Shown here piece by piece: positions 10,756-20,747 of a DNA stretch of 64,000 nucleotides. The first letter of the stretch is position 1. Each line of letters starts with the position of its first letter. Origin of the DNA: Nitrospirota bacterium (lineage in GTDB: Bacteria; Nitrospirota; UBA9217). The position numbers and the translations under genes were made by a program. Where the stretch lies: the NCBI GenBank assembly GCA_963840455.1, contig CAWIYV010000010.1:224001-288000 (forward strand), given 5' to 3'. The notes beneath the pieces were generated by a model, which was not told where the DNA came from, made no database searches, and saw only the letters and a program-made list of their open reading frames with translations.

Positions 10756-11433
10756 TCAGTCTTCCGTGTCCGCGTCAGTATGATCTTCCGCTGCCGCCGT
10801 AGGCGGCTCCCCCGCCGCTTTGGCCGGCCTCTTTGAGACGCCGACCTTGGCATGGCGCAGCACCTTTTCGTGGTACCGGTACCCGTCCTGGAATACCTGC
10901 ACCACCGTGTTCTCAGGAACGTCAGCCGTCTCCACCTGCATCATGGCATCATGCATAGCGGGATCAAACGGCTCGCCCTGGGCCTTGAAGGGTACGATCC
11001 CGAACTTTTCCAGCACGTCTCGGAACTGCTTGTGGACCATTTCCACGCCCTGCTGCAGACCCTCGCCGCCGCCGGTCTCGTTCGCATGCTTGATGGCCAA
11101 ACTGAGGTGGTCGATGACCGCCAGCAGTTCAAGGGCCATCTGCTCATTGGCGTATTTCTTGAAATCCGTTTGGTCGCGCTGCACACGCTTCCGGTAGTTC
11201 TCGAAGTCCGCGTAGGTGCGGAGATACTTTTCATTGGCCTCAGCCGCCTCTTTCGTCTTCTGGTCCAGGGCGATCGCGAGGTTCTCGATCTCCTTGGCAA
11301 GGCTGCTTGCTGCCTCATTAACCTCGGCGACTTGGGCCATACTTTGGAGCCCTTCGTCGGACACACCCTCGTCGGGAGGCAGTGCCGGCTCAAGCTCGGG
11401 ATCCAACGGCTCGTTCCTGTGCTTTTTGGTCAT
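10756..11433 (-). CDS. grpE: nucleotide exchange factor GrpE
   Basis: ADFENYRKR, FDPAMHDAM, GYRYHEKVLRHAKVGV. Confidence 0.97.
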   Translation of the reverse strand: MTKKHRNEPLDPELEPALPPDEGVSDEGLQSMAQVAEVNEAASSLAKEIENLAIALDQKTKEAAEANEKYLRTYADFENYRKRVQRDQTDFKKYANEQMALELLAVIDHLSLAIKHANETGGGEGLQQGVEMVHKQFRDVLEKFGIVPFKAQGEPFDPAMHDAMMQVETADVPENTVVQVFQDGYRYHEKVLRHAKVGVSKRPAKAAGEPPTAAAEDHTDADTED

Positions 11434-12473
11434 CGCTCGATGCCCCTCTGCAGTCGCTCGTCAAGGATGCGGGAAAGCAGCCGAGACGTATAGTCCACCA
11501 CCTGGATCACCTGCTTGTACTGCATGCGCACCGGCCCGATGACACCCAGGGTCCCGACCACGTTCCCCGCCTGGTAACTGCTTACGACCAGGCTGCACCC
11601 CTGCATGCCGAAGAACGGGTTCTCCGAGCCGATAAAGACCTTGATACCCTCAGCTGCAGCAGTCTTGTCGAGGAGCGTGATGAGCTTGTACTTGTCCTCG
11701 AAGGCGCGAAAGAGCGACCGCATCTTTTCCACGTCGGCGAACTCCGGCGTTTCGAACATCTGGGAGGCACCCCCAATGAACACCTGTTCTGCGTCGCGCT
11801 CGCGGACCTCCTGGCTCGCCTTATAGGTTTGCTCCAACAGACCCACCAAGATCGCCTTTTCCTCCCGGAGCCTCTCCCGGAGACGCTGACGGACCTCGGT
11901 GAAGGCATAGTGCTCAAGCTCCTCATCGAGATAGGAGCTGAAGGAGTTCAGTTCGTGCTGCGAGATTACTTCGTCCAGTTCGATCAGCTTGTTCAGCACC
12001 GTGCCCGTGTTCGTTACGAAGATGATCAGCACCTGATTGCCGCGGAGCCGGACGAATTCAATGTGCTTCAGCGTTCCCTCAGGTTCCGTCGGCGCCACCA
12101 CCACACCGGTATGGTGGGAAAGCTTCGCCAGGAACTGGCTCGCTTCCTCCATGATATGCCGCAGGTCGCTGCCCTGCATCACCGGCGACTGTTCGAGGTG
12201 CTCCTGGATCTCCTGTGTGTCGCGGTCGAAACTGATGAGCGAATCGATATAATAGCGGTATCCCTTGTCCGTCGGCACTCTCCCGGCGGATGTATGAGGA
12301 TGGGTCAGGAATCCCATCTCCTCAAGTTCGGCCATGATGTTGCGCAGCGTCGCCGAGCTCAGGCTGAAGTTGTAGGTCTTCGCAAGGACAGTAGATCCGA
12401 TCGGCGAACCCGTCTGGATATAACTGTCGATGACCGCCTGCAGGACTTTTCTTGTTCTTTCATTCAATTCCAT
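11430..12473 (-). CDS. hrcA: heat-inducible transcription repressor HrcA
   Basis: SSATLRNIMAELEEMG, PHTSAGRVPTDKGYRYY, GVIGPVRMQY. Confidence 0.97.
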   Translation of the reverse strand: MELNERTRKVLQAVIDSYIQTGSPIGSTVLAKTYNFSLSSATLRNIMAELEEMGFLTHPHTSAGRVPTDKGYRYYIDSLISFDRDTQEIQEHLEQSPVMQGSDLRHIMEEASQFLAKLSHHTGVVVAPTEPEGTLKHIEFVRLRGNQVLIIFVTNTGTVLNKLIELDEVISQHELNSFSSYLDEELEHYAFTEVRQRLRERLREEKAILVGLLEQTYKASQEVRERDAEQVFIGGASQMFETPEFADVEKMRSLFRAFEDKYKLITLLDKTAAAEGIKVFIGSENPFFGMQGCSLVVSSYQAGNVVGTLGVIGPVRMQYKQVIQVVDYTSRLLSRILDERLQRGIER

Positions 12474-12509
12474 ATCGCACCGGTAACTACTATGCCATGA
12501 ACGAAGGCC

Positions 12510-12566
12510 TTAGCACTCAAGCCAAATGAGTGCTAACAATCTAACATATCATCTTTTTTCTGTCAA
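12510..12566 (-). promoter_or_regulatory. perfect CIRCE operator plus sigma70 promoter of the hrcA operon
   Basis: TTAGCACTC-N9-GAGTGCTAA at 12510-12536; minus-strand TTGACA-17nt-TAGATT immediately upstream. Confidence 0.95.
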
Positions 12567-12700
12567 GCATTTAGGCGCCCGCAGGTTGAGCGATACATTG
12601 TCAATCATAGGCGAAGAAAAAGGCCACCCCGAACAACCCAAGGGGTTCCGGGATGGCCAGCCTTTTGGACTGATGGTCCAAAGCGGTTATGCCAACCAGT

Positions 12701-13222
12701 TCATGCAGCCTTTTTGACCGTTGTTTCCGCAGCGATCTTCTTCGGCTCCTCGGTCTTGATCTCGATCTTCTTTGCTTTCGGAACCTCGGGTATCGGTACC
12801 GAAACCTCAAGGATGCCGTTGGCGAAGGCCGCCTTCAGGTCCTCGGTCTTGACACCCTCAGGGATCAGGAAGCGGCGCTCAAAGGAACCGTAGGAGATCT
12901 CACGATACGTATAATCCTTTTCCTTCTCGTCCTTCTCGGCCTTCCGTTCACCCTTGATCACAAGCTCCCGGTCGTCGATGGTGACATCAAGATCCTTCGG
13001 GTCAACGCCCGGAAGCTCGGCCTTGATGAACAGCTTCCCTTCCTTCGTATAACTCTCGATCGACGGCAGCCAGAGGCCGAGACGCCCGACCTCCCCCCCT
13101 CTTTCTGTTCCAAGAAGCCGGTCGAACAGCCTGTCCATATCCCTCTGCATGGTCCTCATTTCATCGAAAGGGTCCCATGCCCTCATGGTCCTGAACGGAT
13201 CCCAACGAATTATGCTTTTCAT
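12701..13222 (-). CDS. small heat shock protein Hsp20/alpha-crystallin
   Basis: AELPGVDPKDLDV, ISYGSFERRF, AAFANGILEV. Confidence 0.96.
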   Translation of the reverse strand: MKSIIRWDPFRTMRAWDPFDEMRTMQRDMDRLFDRLLGTERGGEVGRLGLWLPSIESYTKEGKLFIKAELPGVDPKDLDVTIDDRELVIKGERKAEKDEKEKDYTYREISYGSFERRFLIPEGVKTEDLKAAFANGILEVSVPIPEVPKAKKIEIKTEEPKKIAAETTVKKAA

Positions 13223-13451
13223 ATGAATCCCTCCCTTTCAAGTTATTGCCGGTTGCCTTTGAAAAGGTCGGCTCTTAATATTGTCGACCTTCATACCTCG
13301 TAATGGAACAATGGTCATCATCTCCTTTCTCCGGCTGCTGAAGCCTTGAGATAAGGGTTGAAGGTCAATTCCGAAAAGACCCCACGATCGGACCAGCCCC
13401 ATCACCTCCCAAAATGATGATTTCCTTTGACATTTATTATATACCATATCA

Positions 13452-13478
13452 TTGGCACTCTGTCAAGAAGAGTGCTAA
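13452..13478 (-). promoter_or_regulatory. CIRCE operator (1 mismatch) upstream of hsp20, with a -35 box inside it
   Basis: TTGGCACTC-tgtcaagaa-GAGTGCTAA; the spacer reads TTGACA on the minus strand. Confidence 0.88.
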
Positions 13479-13594
13479 TAACGCTCAACCATTTGATTTA
13501 TAATATTTTTTTCGTTATGGGCGCAATGTGAGACAGGATGGGATATCCAAAAAGAGGAATGGATCACGGGGTAATAACAGGATGCGCTATGCGG

Positions 13595-14254
13595 TCACCC
13601 CTGGGACCGGGGAACGTAATAGAGGGTCCCCGGCCGCATACTCAGGATCTCTCGAATGAGGTCGTCCAGGTCCTGGGGATTGTGAACGAAATCGATGTCC
13701 GATGTATTGATGACGAGAAGCGGGGTCTCGGCGTACCGGAAAAAAAAGTGGCTGTACGCATCGTTCACTGCCTCGATGTAATCGCGGCTCACATCTTTCT
13801 CGAATGGCCGTGCCCGCTGCTTGATGCGGCGCAGAATGGTCTCGGTGTCCGCCTGGAGGTAGATAACGAGGTCGGGCCTGACGACCTTGGGTTCGATCAT
13901 CTTGTAGATCTGCTCGTACAGGGCGAGTTCGTGGTCGTTCAGGTTCAGGTAGGCGAAGATCCGGTCCTTGGCAAAAAGGTAGTCGCTGATGGTGACCTGG
14001 TTGAACAGATCGTGCTGGGAGAACTCCTCCTGCTGGGCGAACCGGCTCATGAGAAAGAATATCTGCGTCTGGAACCGGAAGCGGGCGGGATCGTGGTAAA
14101 AATCGGTGAGAAACGGATTTTCCTCGGCGCGCTCGAAGATGAGACGCGCGTTCAGCTCAGGGGCGAGCAGCGTCGCGAGGCTGGTCTTTCCCACGCCGAT
14201 GGGGCCGTCGATCACGATATACCGGGCATGCCGGATTTCAGAGTTCTGGTTCAT
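13595..14254 (-). CDS. deoxynucleoside kinase
   Basis: IDGPIGVGKTS P-loop, NPFLTDFY, SDYLFAKD, PDLVIYL; typical folK-dNK linkage. Confidence 0.93.
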   Translation of the reverse strand: MNQNSEIRHARYIVIDGPIGVGKTSLATLLAPELNARLIFERAEENPFLTDFYHDPARFRFQTQIFFLMSRFAQQEEFSQHDLFNQVTISDYLFAKDRIFAYLNLNDHELALYEQIYKMIEPKVVRPDLVIYLQADTETILRRIKQRARPFEKDVSRDYIEAVNDAYSHFFFRYAETPLLVINTSDIDFVHNPQDLDDLIREILSMRPGTLYYVPRSQG

Positions 14255-14751
14255 GGCGTCCCGGACCTCCCGCTGCATTTCATCACGAGGTGACGGTCGT
14301 TCAGCCCATCGAGCAGTTGTGCTGCAGTCCGGTGAAGCAGTGGATTGACCGCATTCGGGGAGATCTCCACCAGCGGGATCAGAACGAATTTCCTCATCGC
14401 CATGCGTGGATGGGGAATGGCAAGACCCGGCTGGTTGACCACCTGGCTTCCGTACAGCAGGATATCGAGGTCCGCGGTACGAGGCCCCCACCGCAAACCG
14501 CGCTTTCGGCCAAGCCGGTCCTCGATGGCATGGCACACCCGCAACAGATCGTCCGGCGTGCAGTCGGTCTCGACCGCGGCCACAGCATTGATGAAATCTT
14601 CCTGTTCGTGGTATCCCACCGGCTCAGTTCGATACAGAGAGGAAACGCGCACGACCCTGCCGGCCTCCGCCAGAAGCTCAATGGCCTTCCGGCAATTTGC
14701 CTCCCGGTCGCCCACGTTCGATCCTATCCCGATGTATGCGATGACCGGCAT
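14251..14751 (-). CDS. folK: 2-amino-4-hydroxy-6-hydroxymethyldihydropteridine diphosphokinase
   Basis: IGIGSNVGD, SSLYRTEP, RWGPRTADLDIL, IPHPRM. Confidence 0.96.
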   Translation of the reverse strand: MPVIAYIGIGSNVGDREANCRKAIELLAEAGRVVRVSSLYRTEPVGYHEQEDFINAVAAVETDCTPDDLLRVCHAIEDRLGRKRGLRWGPRTADLDILLYGSQVVNQPGLAIPHPRMAMRKFVLIPLVEISPNAVNPLLHRTAAQLLDGLNDRHLVMKCSGRSGTP

Positions 14752-14843
14752 GGTGATTCAGGTATTCGTGAACGGTGATTGGGTCATAAAGGAGGGACCC
14801 TGCTCGCTCAATTATTCAATTACCCAATTACTTAATCACTCGT

Positions 14844-16085
14844 TTAGAACTCGAACTGAAGCCCCCCCATCCGCTTCTTGAACTCGTCCAGGACCCGCTG
14901 TTCATCGGCCTTGCCTTTCGTCTCGAAGGTCGCCGAGAAGCGAATGTAGGAGCCGGCGTCGTCCCAGGGCACGGTGCTGATGAGCTTTTCGGTGATCAGG
15001 AACTCGGAGAACTCCTCCGCGTTGGAGAACCTTCTGCCGTTCTTCACGCCCTTGGGCATCTTCACATACAGGTAGAAGGTGCCCGCAGGCATGCTTGCGG
15101 CGAAGCCCATGTCCGTGAGGGTCTTGACCAGGGAGCGGAGCCGTCGCTCATACTTCTCCTTGATCTCGTCGGTGATCTCAGGATGCTCGAGCGCGTAGAT
15201 GCCGGCCTTCTGGATGGCCTTGAACTGTCCCGAATCGTAGTTGTCCTTGACGTTCCCGTAGCCTGCGACGACCCGGTCGTTCCCCGCGACGAACGCAAGG
15301 CGCCAGCCGGTCATGTTGTACGCCTTGGAGAGGGAGTGGATCTCGACACCCACCTCCTTCGCTCCCGGCACGGACAGGAACGACAACGGCTTCGTTCCGT
15401 ACATGAGCGCCGAGTAAGCGGCGTCGTGCACGACAATGACCTCATTCTCCTTCGCGAACCTTACAGCCTTCTCGAAGAACGCCTTTGTGGCCCCTGCGCC
15501 CGTCGGATTGTTGGGATAGTTGAGATAGAGAAGCTTCGCCTTCTTTCGGACTTCTGCGGGAATGGCGTCGAGGTCGGGCAGGAACCCCTTCTCCTCGGTA
15601 AGCGGCAGGTTCACCACGGAACCGCCGTACCACCGCGTATGCGTCGCCATCACGGGATAGCCGGGCACGGTCATGAGCGTCACGTCGCCCGGATTGATAA
15701 AGACCGACGGGAACATGGCAAGCACCGGCTTGCTGCCGATGCCGTGCAGCACCTCGGTCTCCGGGTTGATCCCGGAAACGCCGTAGACCTTCTGAAGATA
15801 AAGCGCTGCGGCTTCCTTGAACTCCGGGATGCCGTTGTCCGCATAGCCGCGGTTCTCCGGCCTCTCGGCCGCCCGCTGCAGCGCCTGGACCACGCCGGGG
15901 AAGGCCATCTCATCGGGTTCGCCGACGCCCAGGTCGATGAGCTCGGTGCCGGGGTTCGCCGCAAGGGCAGCCCGCTTCGCTCGCTTGATCTTCTCGAACT
16001 TGTAGATCTTCGTGTCCTTGCCGAACATCCTGCCGCCGAGACGCTCTGCAAAAAGGGACTGGATGTAGGTATCATCGGTCTGCAC
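14844..16085 (-). CDS. dapL: LL-diaminopimelate aminotransferase
   Basis: class I/II aminotransferase (NYPNNPTG, HDAAY, SLSKAYNMTGWR) with the N-terminal IYKFEKIKRAK pattern; downstream of the dap operon. Confidence 0.88.
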   Translation of the reverse strand: MQTDDTYIQSLFAERLGGRMFGKDTKIYKFEKIKRAKRAALAANPGTELIDLGVGEPDEMAFPGVVQALQRAAERPENRGYADNGIPEFKEAAALYLQKVYGVSGINPETEVLHGIGSKPVLAMFPSVFINPGDVTLMTVPGYPVMATHTRWYGGSVVNLPLTEEKGFLPDLDAIPAEVRKKAKLLYLNYPNNPTGAGATKAFFEKAVRFAKENEVIVVHDAAYSALMYGTKPLSFLSVPGAKEVGVEIHSLSKAYNMTGWRLAFVAGNDRVVAGYGNVKDNYDSGQFKAIQKAGIYALEHPEITDEIKEKYERRLRSLVKTLTDMGFAASMPAGTFYLYVKMPKGVKNGRRFSNAEEFSEFLITEKLISTVPWDDAGSYIRFSATFETKGKADEQRVLDEFKKRMGGLQFEF

Positions 16086-16191
16086 GCTCTTGCTTCCTCC
16101 GGCTACAATAGAATTAGGAAATATCCCATTAAGAATCGATCAGCGTCCGAGTTCGCTCCGTGCTTTTCAATTTCCCATTTTCATGTTTCAA

Positions 16192-16944
16192 TCATCGCAC
16201 ACCGTTCTTCAGGCATCCGATCCCCTCGATCCGGACCTCTACCTCATCACCGGCCTGCAACGGCCCGATGCCGGCGGGGGTCCCGGTGATGATGAGGTCG
16301 CCGGGCTCGAGCGTCATGACCTGCGAGATGAAGCTGACGAGAAGATCGACGCCGAAGATGAACTGCGAGGTCCGCGACGACTGCCGCCGCTCCCCGTTCA
16401 CGTACGATTCGATAAGAAGGTCATCGGGGTCGAGGTCCGTTTGGATCCATGGCCCGATAGGGCAGAAGGTATCGAAGGACTTGGCCCGCGTCCATTGCCC
16501 GTCCTTCTTCTGGAGGTCCCGGGCGGTCACATCGTTGGCGCATGTGTAACCGAGGATGTGGTCCCGGGACGCTTCGGGAGGAATGCGGCTGACATGGTCC
16601 CGGACGACGATGCCCAGCTCCGCTTCGTAGTCGACCCGGGAGCTCATGGCGGGTCGTACGATCGTTTCGCCCGGACCGATCACACTGGTCGGCGGCTTGA
16701 GGAAAAGGATCGGGCTCTCCGGGACCTGCATGCCAAGCTCCCGGGCATGGTCCCGGTAGTTAAGGCCGACGGCGACGATCTTCGTCGGGACGCACGGTGC
16801 AAGGAGGATCACATCCGCGGTCCGGTGGTGCGCCCCGATGGACGAGAGCGAAGCGTATCCTTCGCCATCCAGCTCTGCAGTCTCATCGTTGTTCAGGATG
16901 CCGTATGCCGTCCTGCCGTGCACCAGGAACCGAACGAGCCGCAT
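16192..16944 (-). CDS. fumarylacetoacetate hydrolase family protein
   Basis: KIVAVGLNY, DYEAEL, ANDVTARD, AKSFDTF, IITGTP. Confidence 0.95.
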   Translation of the reverse strand: MRLVRFLVHGRTAYGILNNDETAELDGEGYASLSSIGAHHRTADVILLAPCVPTKIVAVGLNYRDHARELGMQVPESPILFLKPPTSVIGPGETIVRPAMSSRVDYEAELGIVVRDHVSRIPPEASRDHILGYTCANDVTARDLQKKDGQWTRAKSFDTFCPIGPWIQTDLDPDDLLIESYVNGERRQSSRTSQFIFGVDLLVSFISQVMTLEPGDLIITGTPAGIGPLQAGDEVEVRIEGIGCLKNGVR

Positions 16945-16955
16945 CTCACGCTCCG

Positions 16956-17071
16956 TTGAAGCTCCCTGCAGCAAGCTACAGGGAATCTTCGATCTTCAGG
17001 GTAGAATGTTTATCCTAATCGCTCGCTAACCCCGCAGCAAGCTGTGGGGAATGCGCTCGCTCCTGAATTCA
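16956..17071 (+). repeat. ~116-bp palindromic dispersed element (family A), copy 1
   Basis: TTGAAGCTCCCTGCAGCAAGCTACAGGGAATCTTCGATC...CCCCGCAGCAAGCTGTGGGGAATGCGCTCGCTCCTGAATTCA; recurs across the window. Confidence 0.9.
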
Positions 17072-17180
17072 CCTGCTGAAAAAAACCGCCGACCTCGGTC
17101 GGCGGAGCATGACTTCTACAGAAAATAGCGGTACAGCCCGCCTCTGATGGTGGTCACGGGTCGCTGCCCCCGGGCAGAAG

Positions 17181-17945
17181 TTATTTACCGTCGATCCACT
17201 CGATGAGCTTGTCCGCAGGCATTGTCCCGCTCATCAGCGTGCCGTCCTCCCGGATCAGCGTCGGCGTTCCGTTGACGTTCAGCTCCCTGCCCATCGCAAT
17301 GATCCGCTCCAGCGCCTCATTGGAACATTTCGGCTCGGGCACGGCCTTGCCGGAGAATGCGTCGTCAACGAGGGTCAGGGACTTCTCGCACAGGGCGGCC
17401 TGCGCCTTGGGATATGCTTCCTTGTGCATCGGTAGCGGGAACAGGAGCAGGTAGAAAGCAATGTCCTTCCGTTTTGCGATCGCCTGTTTCATCTCCTCAT
17501 GCAGTTTCCGGCAATAGGGGCAGTCGGGATCGGTGAATACCGCGACCTTCTTCTTCGGGTTCTTCGCCCCCAATACCACGGCATCCTTCAGAGACACCTT
17601 GGAGAAATCGACCTTTTGCGGTTTTGCCTGCTGCTCCGCCTGGCGGATAGCAAAATCCAGCGGCACGAGCTGCGACGTCAGGTACTTCTTGGTGAAATCC
17701 AGGTAGATCCCGCCTCGCTGGCCGTTCATTTCCACTTCGATCACCCAGAAGCCCTTCACCGGCGCCATCTTGACGTCGGTCACCGTGGCTGCCGGGAGGA
17801 GCTTCTTGATGATATCCTCGGCGTCCTTCTTTTCCAGTTTATGGCAGTCAAGGCAGTTCCCCGTCTTATCAGGCGGGAAGGCCTGAGCACCGGCCGGCGC
17901 GAGGAGCAGCAGACATCCGATCAACAGCACATGCACTTTGTTCAC
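17181..17945 (-). CDS. DsbC-family thiol:disulfide isomerase with N-terminal CxxCH
   Basis: signal peptide, CLDCH, DsbC dimerisation-like segment, FTDPDCPYC, GTP loop. Confidence 0.88.
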   Translation of the reverse strand: MNKVHVLLIGCLLLLAPAGAQAFPPDKTGNCLDCHKLEKKDAEDIIKKLLPAATVTDVKMAPVKGFWVIEVEMNGQRGGIYLDFTKKYLTSQLVPLDFAIRQAEQQAKPQKVDFSKVSLKDAVVLGAKNPKKKVAVFTDPDCPYCRKLHEEMKQAIAKRKDIAFYLLLFPLPMHKEAYPKAQAALCEKSLTLVDDAFSGKAVPEPKCSNEALERIIAMGRELNVNGTPTLIREDGTLMSGTMPADKLIEWIDGK

Positions 17946-18076
17946 AATAGACTCCTTCCCATGGAGCCCCTCCGGCAGGAGCCGAAGGAGCCAAAGATTA
18001 CGCCGCATCCTTCTGAGACGGACACCATGGCCCGTGGCGGCCGCGCGGCAACATACCCCGCGGTGACCTGCGCCTC

Positions 18077-18880
18077 CTATTTCAGGCCCAGCACGTCCTG
18101 CATATCGTAGAGGCCGGGCTTCTTGCCGACGACCCACTTCGCGGCGCGCACGGCCCCTCGCGCGAACATGTCGCGCGTGTGCGCCCGGTGTGTCAGTTCG
18201 ATCCGTTCGCCCATCCCGATGAAATAGACCGTGTGCTCGCCCACGATGTCTCCGCCGCGGACCGTCTGCATGCCGATCTCCTCGTTCGTCCTGACACCGG
18301 TCACGCCCTCACGGTGATACTTGGCTGCCTTCTGGTAATCGCGGCCAAGCGCTTTGGCAACGACCTCGCCCATGCGCACGGCCGTGCCGGAGGGGGCGTC
18401 CTTCTTCAATCGGTGATGCCATTCAACGATCTCGGCATCGAACTCGGGGCCCAGGATCTTCGCCAGGTCGGCGAGCACCTTGAAGCAGACGTTCACTCCC
18501 ACGCTCATATTCGGCGACAGCACGCACGGCACCTTCTGGACGAGCTTTGCGACCTCGGCCATCTGCTCCTTGGTGAAGCCGGTAGATCCGATGACGATCG
18601 CTTTTCCCTGTTCAGCACAGACCTTGAGATTCCCGAGGCTGGCCTCGGGAAAGGTAAAATCGATCAGCACGTCGCCGGACCTGACCGCGGCGCCCAGATC
18701 ATCGACGATCTTGATGCCTGTCGCCGCGATGCCCGCAAGCCCGCCGGCGTCCTGGCCGAGCAGGGTGTGGCCCTTCCGCTCCAGTGCGCCGCCGAGCGCG
18801 ATGCCTTCCGACGTCGAGAGCACGTTGATGATGCGAGAACCCATCCGGCCTGCGGCGCCGGTCACGATCGCTTTGATCAT
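18077..18880 (-). CDS. dapB: 4-hydroxy-tetrahydrodipicolinate reductase
   Basis: GAAGRMG, IDFT, EWHHRLKKDAPSGTA, GDIVGEH. Confidence 0.98.
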   Translation of the reverse strand: MIKAIVTGAAGRMGSRIINVLSTSEGIALGGALERKGHTLLGQDAGGLAGIAATGIKIVDDLGAAVRSGDVLIDFTFPEASLGNLKVCAEQGKAIVIGSTGFTKEQMAEVAKLVQKVPCVLSPNMSVGVNVCFKVLADLAKILGPEFDAEIVEWHHRLKKDAPSGTAVRMGEVVAKALGRDYQKAAKYHREGVTGVRTNEEIGMQTVRGGDIVGEHTVYFIGMGERIELTHRAHTRDMFARGAVRAAKWVVGKKPGLYDMQDVLGLK

Positions 18881-18960
18881 AAAGAATCTCCTTCCGTCAA
18901 CTGCCTAGCCGGCCAGCTTGCAGGCTTGTAAGCTCATTCTCTGCGGTGAATACAGTGGGT

Positions 18961-19833
18961 CTAGATCAGCCCGTAGTCTTTCAGCGCCTTCTTCAGCTTG
19001 TCCTTGTTCGCATCGGCTATGGGACAGAGGGGGAGCCGGAACTCCTCGGCGATCTTCCCCATGAGCGCAAGCGACGTCTTCACCGGAATGGGGTTCGTCT
19101 CGATGAACATCGGTCCGTGGAGCGGCTCCAGCTTGAAGTGGTACTTGAGCGCCTCTTCCCTCTTCCCGGCAAAGAACGCATCGAACATGGCCGCGGCGTC
19201 CGCGGGCGCGATGTTCGCCGTCACCGAGATTGCCCCCACACCGCCCAGGCACAGGAGCGGGAGTGTGGTGAAATCGTCGCCGGAGATGACGTCGAAGTCC
19301 GTTCCGCAGAGCCGGATAAGCTCGCTCACCTGCTTCATATCGCCGGTGGCCTCCTTGATGCCCACGATGTTCTTGAACGTCCTGAGCCGCGCCACCGTGG
19401 ATGGTAGCATGTTCACGCTGGTCCTGCCCGGCACGTTGTACAGGATGATAGGGATGTCCACGGATTCCGTCACCTTCTTGAAATGAAGGAACAGGCCCTC
19501 CTGCGTGGGCTTGTTGTAATAGGGCGTGATGAGCAGAACGCCGTTGGCGCCCGCCTTCTTAGCATAATTGGCAAGTTCGAGGGTCTCCGTGGTCGAGTTC
19601 GATCCGGCGCCGGCCACGACCGGGACACGTTTGTTCACGGCCTTGACCGTGAACTCCACCACGCGGTGGTGCTCCTCATGAGAGAGCGTGGCCGACTCGC
19701 CCGTGGTCCCGCAGGGGACGATCACATCCGTGCCGTTCTTGATCTGGAACTCGATAAGGTCACCGAGGGCCTTTTCATCCACTTTGCCGTTCCTGAACGG
19801 CGTCACGATCGCAACCATTGAACCCTTGAACAT
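18961..19833 (-). CDS. dapA: 4-hydroxy-tetrahydrodipicolinate synthase
   Basis: AIVTPF, GTTGES, PYYNKP, YNVPGRT, GIKEA, ETNPIPVK. Confidence 0.98.
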   Translation of the reverse strand: MFKGSMVAIVTPFRNGKVDEKALGDLIEFQIKNGTDVIVPCGTTGESATLSHEEHHRVVEFTVKAVNKRVPVVAGAGSNSTTETLELANYAKKAGANGVLLITPYYNKPTQEGLFLHFKKVTESVDIPIILYNVPGRTSVNMLPSTVARLRTFKNIVGIKEATGDMKQVSELIRLCGTDFDVISGDDFTTLPLLCLGGVGAISVTANIAPADAAAMFDAFFAGKREEALKYHFKLEPLHGPMFIETNPIPVKTSLALMGKIAEEFRLPLCPIADANKDKLKKALKDYGLI

Positions 19834-19877
19834 AACAGCCTCCTTGTGTTGATCCGTGCCGGGACGATGTTTCTCCG

Positions 19878-20690
19878 CTAACAGTACAGCGTCCCTTCGC
19901 ACACGACCGTTGCTTCACCCTCGAGATACAGGTCGATGAACTCTTCGCCTTCGCGCGTAAAGGTAGCGACGAGCCGGTCACCGCCCCGCGTGGTGACCGT
20001 GACCGGCGATGCAGCCCTTCTGAGGGATGCAGCGATAAGCGCAGCAGCCACCGCACCGGTCCCGCATGCGAGGGTCTCCCCCTCGACGCCGCGCTCATAG
20101 GTCCGGATGCGCAGCTTGTGCGGACCGTCGATCTGGACGAAGTTCACGTTCGTGCCTGCGGGCTTGAAGAGCTCATGCCAGCGCGTAGCACTGCCCACGG
20201 CCTGGACGTCCTCGCCGTCGAGGTGGTCGGAAAAATAGACCAGGTGCGGCACGCCGGTATTGATGAAGTGTCCGGTGCGCGTCCCACCCGCCACCGGGAC
20301 GGCGATGTTCTGCCGCAGGCCGCCGGCGCCCGTCATCTGCACCCGGACCGTCCCCTTCTTCACCTCGGCGTGGATGATGCCCGCCAGGGTCTCGAAGGAC
20401 ATCTTCTTCGGGGCGATCTTCCTGAGAACGGCAAACCGTGCGGCGCAGCGCGAGCCGTTGCCGCACATCTCGGCCTCGCTCCCGTCAGCATTGAAGAACC
20501 GCCACTTGAAGTCGGCCTTCTTCGACGGCACGATCACAATGAGCCCGTCGGCGCCCACGGAACGGTTCCGGTGACAGACCGTCTTCGCCAGTCCGCTGAG
20601 GCCCTTCCCCTTCAGGATGCCCCGGCGGTTGTCGATCAGGATGAAATCGTTGCCGTTCCCCTGGATCTTATAAAAAGGAATCTTTTTCAT
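19878..20690 (-). CDS. dapF: diaminopimelate epimerase
   Basis: GNGNDF, NADGSEAEMCGNG, YERGVEGETLACGTG. Confidence 0.98.
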   Translation of the reverse strand: MKKIPFYKIQGNGNDFILIDNRRGILKGKGLSGLAKTVCHRNRSVGADGLIVIVPSKKADFKWRFFNADGSEAEMCGNGSRCAARFAVLRKIAPKKMSFETLAGIIHAEVKKGTVRVQMTGAGGLRQNIAVPVAGGTRTGHFINTGVPHLVYFSDHLDGEDVQAVGSATRWHELFKPAGTNVNFVQIDGPHKLRIRTYERGVEGETLACGTGAVAAALIAASLRRAASPVTVTTRGGDRLVATFTREGEEFIDLYLEGEATVVCEGTLYC

Positions 20691-20747
20691 GTTCGTCTCT
20701 GATGCGGGGCTCCCTGTCTCCCCGTCTCCGCGTCGACCTGTCCGGCG

